The position numbers and the translations under genes were made by a program. The notes under the pieces are model-generated. The model had not been told where the DNA came from, searched no databases, and worked only from the letters and a program-made list of their open reading frames with translations. Shown here in pieces: positions 1-11,167 of a stretch of 64,000 nt of DNA. Position 1 is the first letter of the stretch, and each line of letters opens with the position of its first letter. The DNA lies in the NCBI GenBank assembly GCA_947628215.1, contig CANQYZ010000003.1, positions 14,972 through 78,971 on the forward strand, given 5' to 3'. The stretch is from an uncultured Clostridia bacterium (GTDB lineage: Bacteria; Bacillota; Clostridia; TANB77; CAG-508).

Positions 1-6
1 GTTGTA

Positions 7-381
7 ATGGTTGCAGTTCTTTTAGTAAGCAGTTTGAATTTCTTATTTGAATCAATAGTATTTTTAGTAATTGTTTTAATTGGAATTTCACTAATATTTG
101 TTTATGATAAATATAAAATAAAAAACTCAAAATGCACATTTTATCAGACAAAATTCATTTATAAGAAAATAGCCTTTTTTAGAAGAATAGAAGTAGAAAT
201 TCCTTATGATGAAGTAAAAGAAATAGCATATAATCAAACAAGATATGAAAAATTATTTAAGCTTGGTACTATTTATATAAAGACTACATCAAAGAATTTA
301 CTAGATAAAAATATTTATATAGATTGTATTAAAGATGTTGATGTCGTATTTAAAACAATAAAGGAGAAATTGGGAGAATAA
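7..381 (+). CDS. small membrane protein with bacterial PH-like (bPH_2/YdbS-like) domain; frame is open to position 1, so it may continue upstream
   Basis: Two N-terminal hydrophobic helices followed by a beta-rich ~80 aa domain. ORF ends 1 nt before the polC RBS/ATG. Confidence 0.4.
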   Translation: MVAVLLVSSLNFLFESIVFLVIVLIGISLIFVYDKYKIKNSKCTFYQTKFIYKKIAFFRRIEVEIPYDEVKEIAYNQTRYEKLFKLGTIYIKTTSKNLLDKNIYIDCIKDVDVVFKTIKEKLGE

Positions 382-382
382 A

Positions 383-3300
383 ATGCAAAAGCAAGTTAAA
401 GAAGTATTTAATGATTATACAGAATTAAATAATATAAGTGAATCTTATGTAACTAATGTAAATTTATTTAAAAAAAGCAATAAATTAGAAATTTATTTAA
501 CTTGTGATAAGCAAATAAAATTAGAAGAACTAGAAAGTTTAGAAAACTTTCTAGTAAATAAATTTGCAATAAATAAAGCTATAATAGAAATATCTTATAC
601 AGAAAATACAGAGATTAATGAAAATTTAAATGAAATCTGGGAAGATATTGTAAAATATATGTCAAAAAAAGAACCTCTAACAAAAGCTATGCTAACTGGT
701 AGTATTCTAGAAATAGAAGAAAAAAGAGTAGTAGTAGAGCTTAAAGTTGCTGGCGGTTCTGATTTTTTGCGTGCAAAAAGATTTGATAAAGGATTAGAAC
801 ATTTATTATTTAATCTTTTTAGCAAACGATATGTTGTAGAATATGTAGATAATGTAACAGAAGAAGATAAAGCAAAATATGATGAGTATTTAAAACAGCA
901 AGAAAAACAAGCTATAAAACAAATGGAAGAACAAGCCTTAGAAGAAAGAAAAGAATATCTTGAAAAAGAAGAAAAAAGAAAACAGGTGGAAAAAGCAGCA
1001 AAAGGAGAAAATATAGCAGAAAGTGATGTAGCTCAAATGCAGCAGCCAGAAGATGAAAATTCTCCTTTAATATATGGAAGAAATGCTACTTTAAGATATC
1101 CATTAACTAAAATTACAAATATTACTCCAGATACTCAAGAAGTATGTTTAGAGGGTGAAGTAATATCTACAGATTCAAGAGAAATAAAAAATGAAAAAGT
1201 TATAATAATGTTTAATCTTTATGATGGGACAAGTACTATAACATGCAAAGCATTTGTAGAAAAAGCAAAGTTTAAAACTGTAATGAAGAAAATAGAAGGA
1301 GCAAAAGGTTTAAAACTTGATGGAAAAGCAGCATATGATAATTTTGCAAAAGAAATAACAGTAATGGCAAATACTATTATTGAAACTGCTGGAAATCCTA
1401 AAAAGAAGAGAATGGATAATTCTGAAGAAAAAAGAGTTGAGCTTCATATGCACACTCAAATGAGTCAAATGGATGCTATTACATCTGCAACAGATCTTTT
1501 GAAAAGAGCTGCAAGTTGGGGATGGAAATCTATTGCAATAACAGATCATGGTGTTGTACAAAGTTTTCCTGATGCACATAAGTTCTTAGCAAAAAATCCA
1601 GGGCTAAAAGTTTTATATGGAGTAGAAGCATATTTTGTTCCAGATAAAGATCCAAGTGTATTTTATCCAAAAGAACAACAAATAGATACAGAATATTGTG
1701 TACTTGATTTAGAGACGACAGGGATATCATTTAGAACAGAGAAGATTACTGAAGTTGGCATTATAAAAATAAAAAATGGTGAAGTATTAGACGAATTTGA
1801 ATGTTTCGTAAATCCAGAAAAACCAATACCAGAGGCTGTAGTTGAAGTAACACATATAACAGATGATATGGTAAAAGATGCAGAAACAATAGATAAAGTA
1901 ATTCCAAAGATTATTGATTTTATTGGAGATTCTATTTTAGTTGCACATAATGCAGATTTTGATATAGGATTTTTAAAGCATAATTTTGCAGAATATGGAT
2001 ATAGCTTAGAAAATACATATATAGATACATTAAGACTTGCAAAAGTAATATTCCCAGAATTTAAAAAATATAAACTTGGAATAATTGCAGATAATCTTGA
2101 TATTAAAGTAGATGTCGCTCATAGAGCTTTAGATGATGTAAAAACTTTAGTAGAAGTATTTAAGATTATGCTAGAAAAAATAAAAGAAAAGGGCGGAAAG
2201 ATTGTAAATGATATAGATATAGTATTTGGAAATGAAAAAGATTCATACAAAAAACTTCCATCATATCATGCAATTATTTTGGCAAAGGATTATGTAGGAC
2301 TTAAAAACTTATATAAGCTTGTATCTTTTTCACATTTACATTATTTCTATAAAAAGCCAAGAATTTTAAAGAGCTTATTTGAAAAATATAGAGAAGGATT
2401 AATTTTGCGGAAGTGCATGTGAGGCAGGAGAATTATACCAAGCAATAGAAAAAGGAAAACCAGATGAAGAAATTGAAGAAATTGCAAAATATTATGATTA
2501 TCTAGAAATTCAACCAATAGGAAATAATGATTTCTTAGTTAGAAACGGAATAGTTCCAGATCATGAAGCACTTCGTGATATAAATAGAAAAATAGTAGAA
2601 CTTGGAGATAAACTAAAAAAGCCAGTTGTTGCAACTTGTGATGTACACTTCATGGATCCACAAGATGAAATATATAGAAGAATATTAGAAGCAGGACAAG
2701 GATATGCTGATGCAGATCTTCAAGCACCACTTTATTTAAGAACAACAGAAGAAATGCTTGAAGAATTCAGCTACTTAGGAGAAGAAAAGGCAAAAGAAGT
2801 AGTAATTACAAATACAAATAAGATTGCTGATATGTGTGATGAAATAAGTCCAATATCTCCAGAAAAATGCCCACCTCATATTGAAGGTTGTGAGCAAACA
2901 ATTAAGGATATAGCTTATAATAAAGCACATGAATTATATGGTGAAGAACTTCCAGAAATAGTTGAATCAAGGCTAAATAAAGAGTTAGATTCTATAATTA
3001 AAAATGGATTTTCCGTTATGTATATTATTGCACAAAAGCTAGTATGGAAATCTAATGAAGATGGATATATAGTAGGATCTAGAGGATCTGTTGGTTCATC
3101 TTTTGTTGCAAATATGACAGGTATTACAGAAGTAAACTCACTTCCAGCTCATTATAGATGTCCAAATTGTAAATATTCTGATTTCACAGATTATGGATAT
3201 AAAAATGGATTTGATCTTCCAGATAAAAATTGTCCAAAATGTGGAGCAAAACTTGCAAAAGATGGTATGGATATTCCATTTGAAACTTTCCTAGGATTTA

Positions 3301-4755
3301 ATGGAGATAAAGAACCAGATATAGACCTTAACTTTTCAGGAGAATATCAAGCAAAAGCACATAAATATACAGAAGTTATTTTTGGAAAAGGAACAACATT
3401 TAAAGCAGGAACAGTTGGTACTGTTGCTGATAAGACAGCTTACGGATACGTAAAAAAATATTATGAAGAAAGAAATATACCAGTAAGTAGTGCAGAAGTT
3501 GCAAGACTTTCTGTAGGATGTACTGGAATTAAAAGAACATCTGGACAGCATCCAGGAGGAATTATAGTTGTTCCTAAAGGAAGAGAAATATACGAATTTA
3601 CTCCTGTACAACATCCAGCAGATGATCCAGATTCAGATATAATCACAACACATTTTGATTACCACTCAATAGATCAAAACTTGTTAAAGCTAGATATACT
3701 AGGTCATGATGATCCAACTATGATAAGAATGTTATATGATTTAACTGGAATAGATCCTACAAAAGTTCCTTTAGATGATAAAGAAACAATGTCTATATTT
3801 AGTTCAACAGATGCACTTGGTGTTACACCTGAGCAGATACATTCAGAAGTTGGAAGTTATGGTGTACCAGAGTTTGGAACTAAATTTGTAAGAGGAATGC
3901 TTGTAGATACTAAACCAAAAACATTTGATGAGTTGATTAGAATTTCAGGACTTTCTCATGGTACTGATGTATGGTTAAATAATGCTCAGACTTTAATAGA
4001 GCAGGGAATAGTAAAACTAGATGAGGCTATATGTTGTAGAGATGATATTATGATATATCTAATAAAAAAAGGACTTCCACCAAATCCAGCATTTAAGATA
4101 ATGGAGACTGTGCGTAAAGGAAAAGCACTAAAAGATCCGGAAAAATGGGAAGAATATAAAGCCTTAATGAAAGAACATGATGTACCAGATTGGTATATAA
4201 AATCTTGTGAAACAATTAAGTACATGTTCCCTAAAGCGCATGCTGCAGCATATGTAACAAATGCATTTAGAATAGCATGGTTTAAAGTACATCAGCCTAA
4301 AGCATATTATACAGCATATTACTCTATAAGAGCTGATGAGTTTGATAGTGACATTATGATTCATGGAAAAGAAAAAGTAATAAACAAGATGAAAGAAATA
4401 GATATGCAAGGAAATAGTGCATCTACTAAAGATAAAAATATGTATGCTATATTAGAACTTGTTTTAGAAATGTATGAAAGAGGAATAAAGTTTTTACCAA
4501 TAGATTTATATAAATCACATAGCACAAAATTTTTAATGGAAGAAGATGGAATAAGACCACCATTAAATAGTATTCCAGGACTTCGGTTCAGTTGCAGCAA
4601 TAGGAATTGAAAAGGCAAGAGAAGAAGAAAAATTTATGTGTATAGATGATCTTCAAATGAGAGCTAAAGTTGGAAAGTCTGTTATAGAATTATTAAAAAA
4701 TGCAGGATGTTTAGAAGGTATGACTCAATCAAATCAAATGAGTTTATTTGTATAA
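383..4755 (+). CDS. polC: DNA polymerase III PolC-type; full length only if two +1 shifts occur at in-frame CGG (C2408, C4584)
   Basis: PHP, exonuclease (DLETTG...HNADFD) and polymerase core motifs. The three ORF pieces (383-2422, 2409-4610, 4585-4755) are colinear with PolC. The junctions read REGLIL|GSACEAGE and IPGL|GSVAAIG. Confidence 0.9.
2408..2411 (+). other. polC: in-frame CGG +1 recoding site (ttg-C-gga)
   Basis: The 0-frame reads LILRKCM*. Skipping C2408 gives REGLIL|[11 protein letters not shown], colinear with PolC. Confidence 0.85.
4584..4587 (+). other. polC: in-frame CGG +1 recoding site (ctt-C-ggt)
   Basis: NSIPGL|[14 protein letters not shown]..., continuing to the stop at 4755. 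Confidence 0.85.
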
Positions 4756-4787
4756 AAAAAGAAAGTAATATTTTAAAGGAGAAAAAA

Positions 4788-5099
4788 TTGGAACCAATAA
4801 CATATGATTTGGGAGCAATATTTAATTTAAGAAATCTAATTATTTATTTACTTATTATTAATATAATAGGATTTTTTGCAATGCTTATTGATAAGAAAAA
4901 AGCTAAAAGAGGAGCATGGAGAATTCCAGAAAATACACTATTTACGATTACTTTTTTAGGTGGTGGAGTAGGCACTATTGCAGGAATGTATGCATTTAGA
5001 CATAAAACTCAAAAGCTAAGATTTACTATTGGATTTCCAACTATTCTTTTCACAGAAATATTTTTAGCTATATACATTTATGTTAAATATTTTGCATAA
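4788..5099 (+). CDS. DUF1294 family membrane protein
   Basis: KRGAWRIPENTLF...GGGVGTIAGMYAFRHKTQK signature. TTG start with aaaggag RBS lies after the polC stop; the track's upstream ATG would overlap polC. Confidence 0.6.
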   Translation: MEPITYDLGAIFNLRNLIIYLLIINIIGFFAMLIDKKKAKRGAWRIPENTLFTITFLGGGVGTIAGMYAFRHKTQKLRFTIGFPTILFTEIFLAIYIYVKYFA

Positions 5100-5106
5100 A
5101 AAAATC

Positions 5107-5130
5107 GGGGGGAAAATTTGTAGTTCCCCC
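5107..5130. terminator. G/C-stem hairpin between convergent genes (4788-5099 + and 5141-5323 -)
   Basis: gggggg..N..ccccc, flanked by an A-run on the left and T-rich sequence on the right. Confidence 0.6.
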
Positions 5131-5140
5131 TTCTTCTCAC

Positions 5141-5323
5141 TTAGCGTTCAAACATGTCGAAGTATTCCTTGAAGGTCAGGGTGTATTCTTCTTCATGCTC
5201 GAGGATGTATTTACCCATCCGGTGATACACGCTTAAGAAGTACTCACGTTGCTTTCCGGAAGGAAGCCGATTTAGCTCTTCTAAAAGCATGTCACTGTAT
5301 GGAAGGTTCCAAAAGATTCCCAT
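5141..5323 (-). CDS. 60-aa ORFan in a G+C-richer cassette
   Basis: aaaggatgg RBS and a downstream G/C-stem terminator. My hand count is about 43% G+C (79/183). Contains two in-frame CGG codons (NRL, HRM). Confidence 0.45.
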   Translation of the reverse strand: MGIFWNLPYSDMLLEELNRLPSGKQREYFLSVYHRMGKYILEHEEEYTLTFKEYFDMFER

Positions 5324-5445
5324 ATAGCACCATCCTTTCTATAAGAACACACAAGTTACTTAAAATATATTATACAATGTTTTATGTAAATAATCAAATT
5401 TAAAAGAGATATATTAAAATATATAAATCAAAAAGGAGAAGTATT

Positions 5446-7495
5446 TTGGTAGATTTACAAAAAGAAATAAAGTATGTAAAAGGAGTAGGTCCAAATAGAG
5501 CATTACTTTTAAATAGACTTGGAATATATACTTTAAAAGATTTAATTACATATTATCCTAGAACTCATGAGGATAGAAGCATTCCTAAAAATATAATTGA
5601 TTTACTTCACGGAGAAGAAGCATTAATTGAGGCTATGCCTGTATCTAGAATGAGTGAAATTAGAATTAGAAAAAACTTTACTATGTATAAACTAATTGTA
5701 AGAGATGAGACAGGAACATGCCAGATTACTTGGTATAATCAACCATATTTAAAAACAATTTTTAAAACAGGACATATGTATAGATTTTTTGGAAAAGTAA
5801 ATAGAAAATATAAGACTACTGATATAGTATCTCCAGTATTTGATGAAGTAGGAAATTCTAAAAATACTGGAAAAATAATTCCTATTTATCCAACTACTTA
5901 TAATCTTCCACAAAATACTTTAAGAAAGATTATTGAAACAGGACTTTCAGAAGTAGATGAAAAATTAGAAGATACACTTCCAAAATATTTAACAGATAAA
6001 TATAAACTTTGTAATTTAAATACTGCAATTAAGCAAATTCATTTTCCAGATAATTTTGAGAAATTTAATATAGCAAGAAAAAGACTAGTATTTGAGGAAC
6101 TTTTATCTATGCAGCTTGCACTTCTATCTTTAAAGAGTAAAGTTACTACTGAATTAGATGGAATTTCTTTAGATAAAAATGTAAAAATGTCAGAGATGAT
6201 AGATAGACTTCCATTTAAGCTTACTAAAGCACAACTTAAAGTATTAGAAGAAATAGATAATGATTTAGAAGATGTAAAACCAATGAATAGACTTCTTCAA
6301 GGAGATGTCGGATCTCGGAAAGACTGTTGTAGCTTTAATTGCAACATATAAATGTGTAAAATCTGGTTACCAAGCTACAATTATGGCTCCTACTGCAATA
6401 CTTGCAAGTCAGCACTTAGAAAGTTTTACATCACTTTTAGAAGGTACTGGTATTAGATGTGAACTTCTTATAAGTGGAATTACTAAAAAGAAAAAAGAAG
6501 ATATTTTAGATAGATTAAAAAATGGAGAAATAGATATATTAATTGGAACACATGCTCTTTTAGAAGAAAATGTTGTATTTAAAAATTTAGGATTAGTAGT
6601 TACAGATGAACAACATAGATTTGGTGTAAGACAAAGAAGTACAATAGTACAAAAAGGAGATAATCCAAATGTATTAGTAATGACAGCAACACCAATTCCA
6701 AGAACGCTAGCACTTATTTTATATGGTGATTTGGATATTTCAATAATAGATGAACTTCCACCAAATAGAAAGAAAATAGATACTTTTCCTGTGACTAAAG
6801 AAATGAGTGATAGAGTAAATAATTTTGTAAAAGAGCAAATAAAAGAAGGAAGACAAGCTTATATTGTATGTCCTTTAGTAGAAGATACAGAAGAGATAGA
6901 AGCACAATCTGTATTAGACTTAGCAGAAAAATATAAAAAAGAAGTATTTAAAGATTATAGAGTAGAATATCTACACGGAAAAATGAAGCCTAAAGAAAAA
7001 GATGAAATAATGGAGAGATTCAAAAATAAAGAGATAGATATTTTGATTTCTACTACTGTTATTGAGGTAGGCGTAAATGTTCCAAATGCCAATATTATGG
7101 TAATAGAAAATGCTGAAAGATTTGGGCTTGCTCAGCTTCACCAGTTAAGAGGAAGAGTTGGAAGAGGAGAGTATAAATCTTATTGCATTTTAAAATATCA
7201 AGGAAATTCTGACGTAATTAGAAAAAGAATGAAAGTTATGAAAGAGACAAATGATGGATTTATTATTTCAGAAAAAGACTTAGAATTAAGGGGAACAGGA
7301 GAATTCTTCGGTACTAAGCAACATGGACTTCCAGAATTTAAGATTGCTAATCTTTTTGAAGATATACAAACTTTAAAAATGGTACAAAGTATTGCAATAG
7401 AAATAATAGATAAAGATCCAAGATTAGAAAATACAGAAAATCAAAAATTAAAATTACTAGTAAATGAAAAGTTTGGAAATAGAATTGAAATTTGA
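5446..7495 (+). CDS. recG: ATP-dependent DNA helicase RecG; needs a +1 shift at C6316
   Basis: Wedge/OB N-terminus and helicase motifs (GDVGS|GKT, DEQHRFG, TATPIPRT, QLHQLRGRVGRG). TTG start with aaaggag RBS. Confidence 0.9.
6316..6319 (+). other. recG: in-frame CGG +1 recoding site (tct-C-gga)
   Basis: Restores helicase motif I GDVGS|GKT. Confidence 0.9.
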
Positions 7496-7520
7496 GAAAA
7501 AGCTTAAAATATGATATAAT
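7492..7520 (+). promoter_or_regulatory. sigma-A-like promoter (TTGAGA, 17 nt, TGaTATAAT) for ORF 7585-7881
   Basis: Read directly; overlaps the recG stop codon. Confidence 0.5.
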
Positions 7521-7584
7521 TTATATGTTAAGACATATTTTTCCTTGTGGTTTTCTACAAAAAACACATGAGAGGAGAGATTAG

Positions 7585-7881
7585 ATGCTAGACAAAATAA
7601 TTTTCTTCCTGCGGACATGCGATATAATTGCAGAGGCCCCAGGTTATCAACTGCTTATTGAGGCTATACGCTTTCAAATGACTACAGATAGAAAGCTCTC
7701 AAAAGAAGAAATCGTTGAACACTTAAAGTCTAAGAAAAATATTATAGTACCGAAGCTTGAGTGTGAAACAAAAAGGGAGCCTGAAGAGCAATGGGCGTTA
7801 GAGTCAATCAGGGCTGCAGGGTATGACGAAGAATTAGATGAATTCGTCGAAAAAGCATCAAAATTAATCAAGTCTTTCTAA
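7585..7881 (+). CDS. 98-aa ORFan in a G+C-richer cassette; weak resemblance to Spo0A C-terminal-like HTH (APGYQLLIEAIRF)
   Basis: gagaggag RBS, extended -10 promoter upstream, strong terminator downstream. In-frame CGG at codon 10. Confidence 0.45.
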   Translation: MLDKIIFFLRTCDIIAEAPGYQLLIEAIRFQMTTDRKLSKEEIVEHLKSKKNIIVPKLECETKREPEEQWALESIRAAGYDEELDEFVEKASKLIKSF

Positions 7882-7883
7882 AG

Positions 7884-7920
7884 AGAATCTGGGAGAATGC
7901 TCCCAGATTCTTGACTTTTT
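7884..7920 (+). terminator. intrinsic terminator
   Basis: agaatctgggag-aatg-ctcccagattct followed by a T-run. Confidence 0.75.
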
Positions 7921-7970
7921 AAAAATGCCATATTATTATATAAATAAATAAAAAATAAGGAATGTAGAAA

Positions 7971-8165
7971 ATGAACGAAGTATTAGCAATATTAGGCTTA
8001 ATTCTACTATTTGTAGGAGTTATAGCAATATTTGATGCTAGGCCACTAAGTAGAAGAGAAGTACTTAATTTAGAACAAAATACAAAAATCAGAATAATAA
8101 AATCAGTAGGACTTGTTATATCTATAATAGGTGCGATTTTATTTTATTGTTTTTATATAATTTAA
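7971..8165 (+). CDS. small two-helix membrane protein
   Basis: 64 aa with two hydrophobic segments and an RBS-like aaggaa. Confidence 0.4.
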   Translation: MNEVLAILGLILLFVGVIAIFDARPLSRREVLNLEQNTKIRIIKSVGLVISIIGAILFYCFYII

Positions 8166-8175
8166 GGAGAGCAAT

Positions 8176-8490
8176 ATGCCAAATTTTACAGAAATAGATG
8201 AAGAATTTATATGTGAGCATTGCGGAAAAAAAGTTCCTAAGCTTGGTTATTCATGTAGAAATCATTGCCCAAGATGTTTATATTCAAAACATGTAGATAT
8301 AAATCCAGGAGATAGAGAAGAGAGCTGTCATGGTATGTTAGAGCCAATAGGAATAGAAATAGATTCTAAAAAAGGATATGTTATTATTTTTAAATGTCAA
8401 AAATGTGGCAAGCTTAGAAAAAATAAGGCGGCTAAAGATGATAATATGGATTTAATAATAGATCTTAGTACAAAACAATATAAAAAATGA
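8176..8490 (+). CDS. RNHCP domain zinc-ribbon protein
   Basis: Literal RNHCPRC motif plus CEHC and CQKC cysteine pairs. aaggaga RBS. Confidence 0.6.
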   Translation: MPNFTEIDEEFICEHCGKKVPKLGYSCRNHCPRCLYSKHVDINPGDREESCHGMLEPIGIEIDSKKGYVIIFKCQKCGKLRKNKAAKDDNMDLIIDLSTKQYKK

Positions 8491-8541
8491 TATCTAAAAA
8501 TAAAGATATCATTTTTGTTTTTTTATATTATTCTATTTAAG

Positions 8542-10941
8542 TTACCGATTAGTATATTCATTTCCTTCTAATCTATTTCCAGATGATATAACATCTATTA
8601 TATTTTTTATATCATCAATATTTTCATCTAAAATATCAATTCTAAAAGAATCTGAATTAAAGTCTGTTGGAGTAAGTGATAAAGTTTTGCTATTATATAT
8701 AGTTGTAATTGTTTGACTATTGTCAGGAAGTACTCTAAATGTAAAATTCATTCTATCTTTTAAATAATATTTATTATTATTTAAACATTTTTTCTTACAA
8801 TCTTTATAACACTTATTAGAATTTCCGAGTAAGCAGTAGTTCATATTCATTAAAGGAATTTTACCATATATGATTTGCTCAGATTTCATTATTTTATTAT
8901 TAAGCAAACTTAATATTCCTTGTTTATCTAATTCAGGAGATATTGTAAATTTATCAAAATTATATTCTTCTAAAGCTTTTTCAGAATAGTTATTAAAAAT
9001 ATTAAATGAATAATTTGCAACTATCTTAAGATTTAAATTCTTTACTATTTCATATTGACCAAGGTTTGATACTACAAAACCAGATATTTTAAAGTTTAAA
9101 ATGTTATTTAAATTATTTTTTATTAAACTTAAGTAAGTATCTTTTGAGATTATTGGAAAATATACAAAAACATCATAAGTTTTGCACAAATTATTGATAA
9201 ATTGTGCATAATTACTATCTAAAAAGTACTTAAGAGGAATATATAATCTATTTATTAAAAGATTGCTATAATCTATATTTTTATCTAGTATATTTAAAAG
9301 AAGACTTATGTCATATTTTTTATTTTCTAAATTTAAAGAATTTTCTAAAAAATCATCTAAATACTTATTTTTAAATTCGGTGCTTAATGTATTTACATTA
9401 AGTTTTATTACTTTATTTTCTAATAAAGATAAAGAATTTCTTCTTAATTCATTTAAAATAGATATATTTGGAATATGTAAGTTATCATCTAAATCTACAT
9501 TTATATTTTTAAATTCAAATTCTGTATTTCCAGTCTTAGATATTTGAGATATAATTCTTTCTTTTGTGATTGGAGAATTTATGCTTTCTTCTGGAATAAT
9601 ATCACTTTCTATAAAAGATTCTAAACCATAATAAAAACTTGTCTTGTCTACTAATGTTTTTACTAAAAGCGAAATTTTTTCTCCTTTTTTTATTTTTATA
9701 AAAGCTTCTAAAGGAATTTTTTTATTTTCACTAGAAAAGCTTTTTATAGCTTCATCTGTCAAAGCTTTACTTTCTATTTTATAAATATTAGAATTCTTTC
9801 TAATATTATCACCTTTCATTCTTCCAATAGTAACTTTAGCACCACTTAATGCAGTTTTTGTATTCTTATTATTTTCCATTAGCTCTGAAACTCTATAAAT
9901 ACAATTTCCAATAGAGACAGAATCTCCTAAAGATAAAGAATTTTCAAGTTCTAATTTTACATATCCTTTAGATTCATTTATATCAAATACTTTTCCAATA
10001 TATATTCCCATATTGTTTGGTTTTTCTTTAAAAATAAGATTTAAGTTTTCTTTTGTGCTTAAGTGTCCTGTACTAAATGAACCCCTATTAAATACTTGCA
10101 TAAGATTATTTAAGTCAGATGAATCTATAGAAAAATCTTTATTTCCTTCTAAGATTTTATCTATATATTTTCTATAAACAGAAGTAACTGTTGCAACATA
10201 TTCTGGCTTTTTCATACGTCCTTCTATTTTAAAACATTTTACTCCTGAATCTACAAGTTCTTTCAAATATTCTAGAGAACATAAATCTCTTGGACTTAAT
10301 AAATATCCTTTGTCGATTACTTTGTTTTCTTCTAAAAGTTCATATGGAAGTCTACAAGCTTGTGCACAAGTTCCACGATTACCAGATCTTCCACCAATCA
10401 TACTAGAAAATAAACATTGACCAGAATATGAGATACATAAAGCACCATGAATAAAAACTTCTATTTCTACATTTGTATTTTTGCAAATGTTTTTAATTTC
10501 ATCAATACTTAGTTCGCGAGAAACTACAAATCTTTTAAAACCAATTTTTTCTAAATATTTTACTGTTTCTAGATTATGTGCTGTCATTTGAGTACTTGCG
10601 TGAAGCACAATATCTGGAAATGTTTCATTTAAAAGTTTAGAAAGTCCTAAATCTTGTACAATAATTGCATCTACACCAAATTCATAGGCTTTTTTTGCTA
10701 TTTCTACAGCCTCATCAAATTCATTATTTTTTATTAAAGTATTTAAAGTAAGATTTATTTTAACATCTCTTAAATGTGCATATTCTATTGCATTTTTTAA
10801 TTCTTCAAAGTTAAAATTTGTAGCATTTGCTCTTGCACTAAAAGATGAACTTCCAAGATATACTGAATCTGCACCATTTTGAATAGCAGCTTTTAAACAT
10901 TCAAAATCTCCAGCTGGAGATAACAGTTCAATTTTTTTCAT
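8542..10941 (-). CDS. long-form U32 family peptidase (PrtC/collagenase-like)
   Basis: N-terminal MKKIELLSPAGDFECLKAAIQNGADSVYLG, then E..HGALC.SYSGQC and GRSGNRGTCAQACR motifs. Start chosen at the internal ATG with gagagga RBS. The last sense codon is CGG (see site 8544-8547). Confidence 0.8.
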   Translation of the reverse strand: MKKIELLSPAGDFECLKAAIQNGADSVYLGSSSFSARANATNFNFEELKNAIEYAHLRDVKINLTLNTLIKNNEFDEAVEIAKKAYEFGVDAIIVQDLGLSKLLNETFPDIVLHASTQMTAHNLETVKYLEKIGFKRFVVSRELSIDEIKNICKNTNVEIEVFIHGALCISYSGQCLFSSMIGGRSGNRGTCAQACRLPYELLEENKVIDKGYLLSPRDLCSLEYLKELVDSGVKCFKIEGRMKKPEYVATVTSVYRKYIDKILEGNKDFSIDSSDLNNLMQVFNRGSFSTGHLSTKENLNLIFKEKPNNMGIYIGKVFDINESKGYVKLELENSLSLGDSVSIGNCIYRVSELMENNKNTKTALSGAKVTIGRMKGDNIRKNSNIYKIESKALTDEAIKSFSSENKKIPLEAFIKIKKGEKISLLVKTLVDKTSFYYGLESFIESDIIPEESINSPITKERIISQISKTGNTEFEFKNINVDLDDNLHIPNISILNELRRNSLSLLENKVIKLNVNTLSTEFKNKYLDDFLENSLNLENKKYDISLLLNILDKNIDYSNLLINRLYIPLKYFLDSNYAQFINNLCKTYDVFVYFPIISKDTYLSLIKNNLNNILNFKISGFVVSNLGQYEIVKNLNLKIVANYSFNIFNNYSEKALEEYNFDKFTISPELDKQGILSLLNNKIMKSEQIIYGKIPLMNMNYCLLGNSNKCYKDCKKKCLNNNKYYLKDRMNFTFRVLPDNSQTITTIYNSKTLSLTPTDFNSDSFRIDILDENIDDIKNIIDVISSGNRLEGNEYTNR
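8544..8547 (-). other. ambiguous terminal in-frame CGG (coding strand aat-CGG-taa)
   Basis: Read as sense, the U32 protein ends ...EYTNR*. With a +1 shift it ends ...EYTN|GNLNRII* at 8523. No conserved motif decides between them. Confidence 0.3.
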
Positions 10942-11167
10942 AAATTTCCTCTCAAGCATAAATTTTTTAAAAACAAGACTTTGCAAGCATTTTTATTTAC
11001 GGATGTATATATTTTAGCAAAATCAATAATTTTATAAGTAGATTAATTATACCATGATGTTACAAATTTGTCATATTATAGCAATTGACACTATTTTTTT
11101 GTTGAGTTATATTATATTTAGGAAGAAAAAATATTATTGTAGGATAAAATGGAGGAATAATCTACAA

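Noticed and set aside
595-4618. Antisense ORFs inside polC (595-825, 1310-1579, 1530-1730, 3336-3614, 3461-3646, 3986-4225, 4164-4409, 4361-4618, all minus strand)
   Set aside because: These are shadow ORFs typical of AT-rich coding DNA. They have no RBS, low-complexity hydrophobic translations, and lie entirely within a well-supported gene. The same reasoning applies to similar antisense ORFs across the window, for example 9308-9547, 11556-11771, 20987-21448, 28216-28614, 38352-38543, 38606-38794, 40051-40341 and 55692-56605.
4707-4787. Upstream ATG start for the DUF1294 gene
   Set aside because: It would overlap the restored polC C-terminus (stop at 4755). The TTG at 4788 has a good RBS, and the family homology begins after it.
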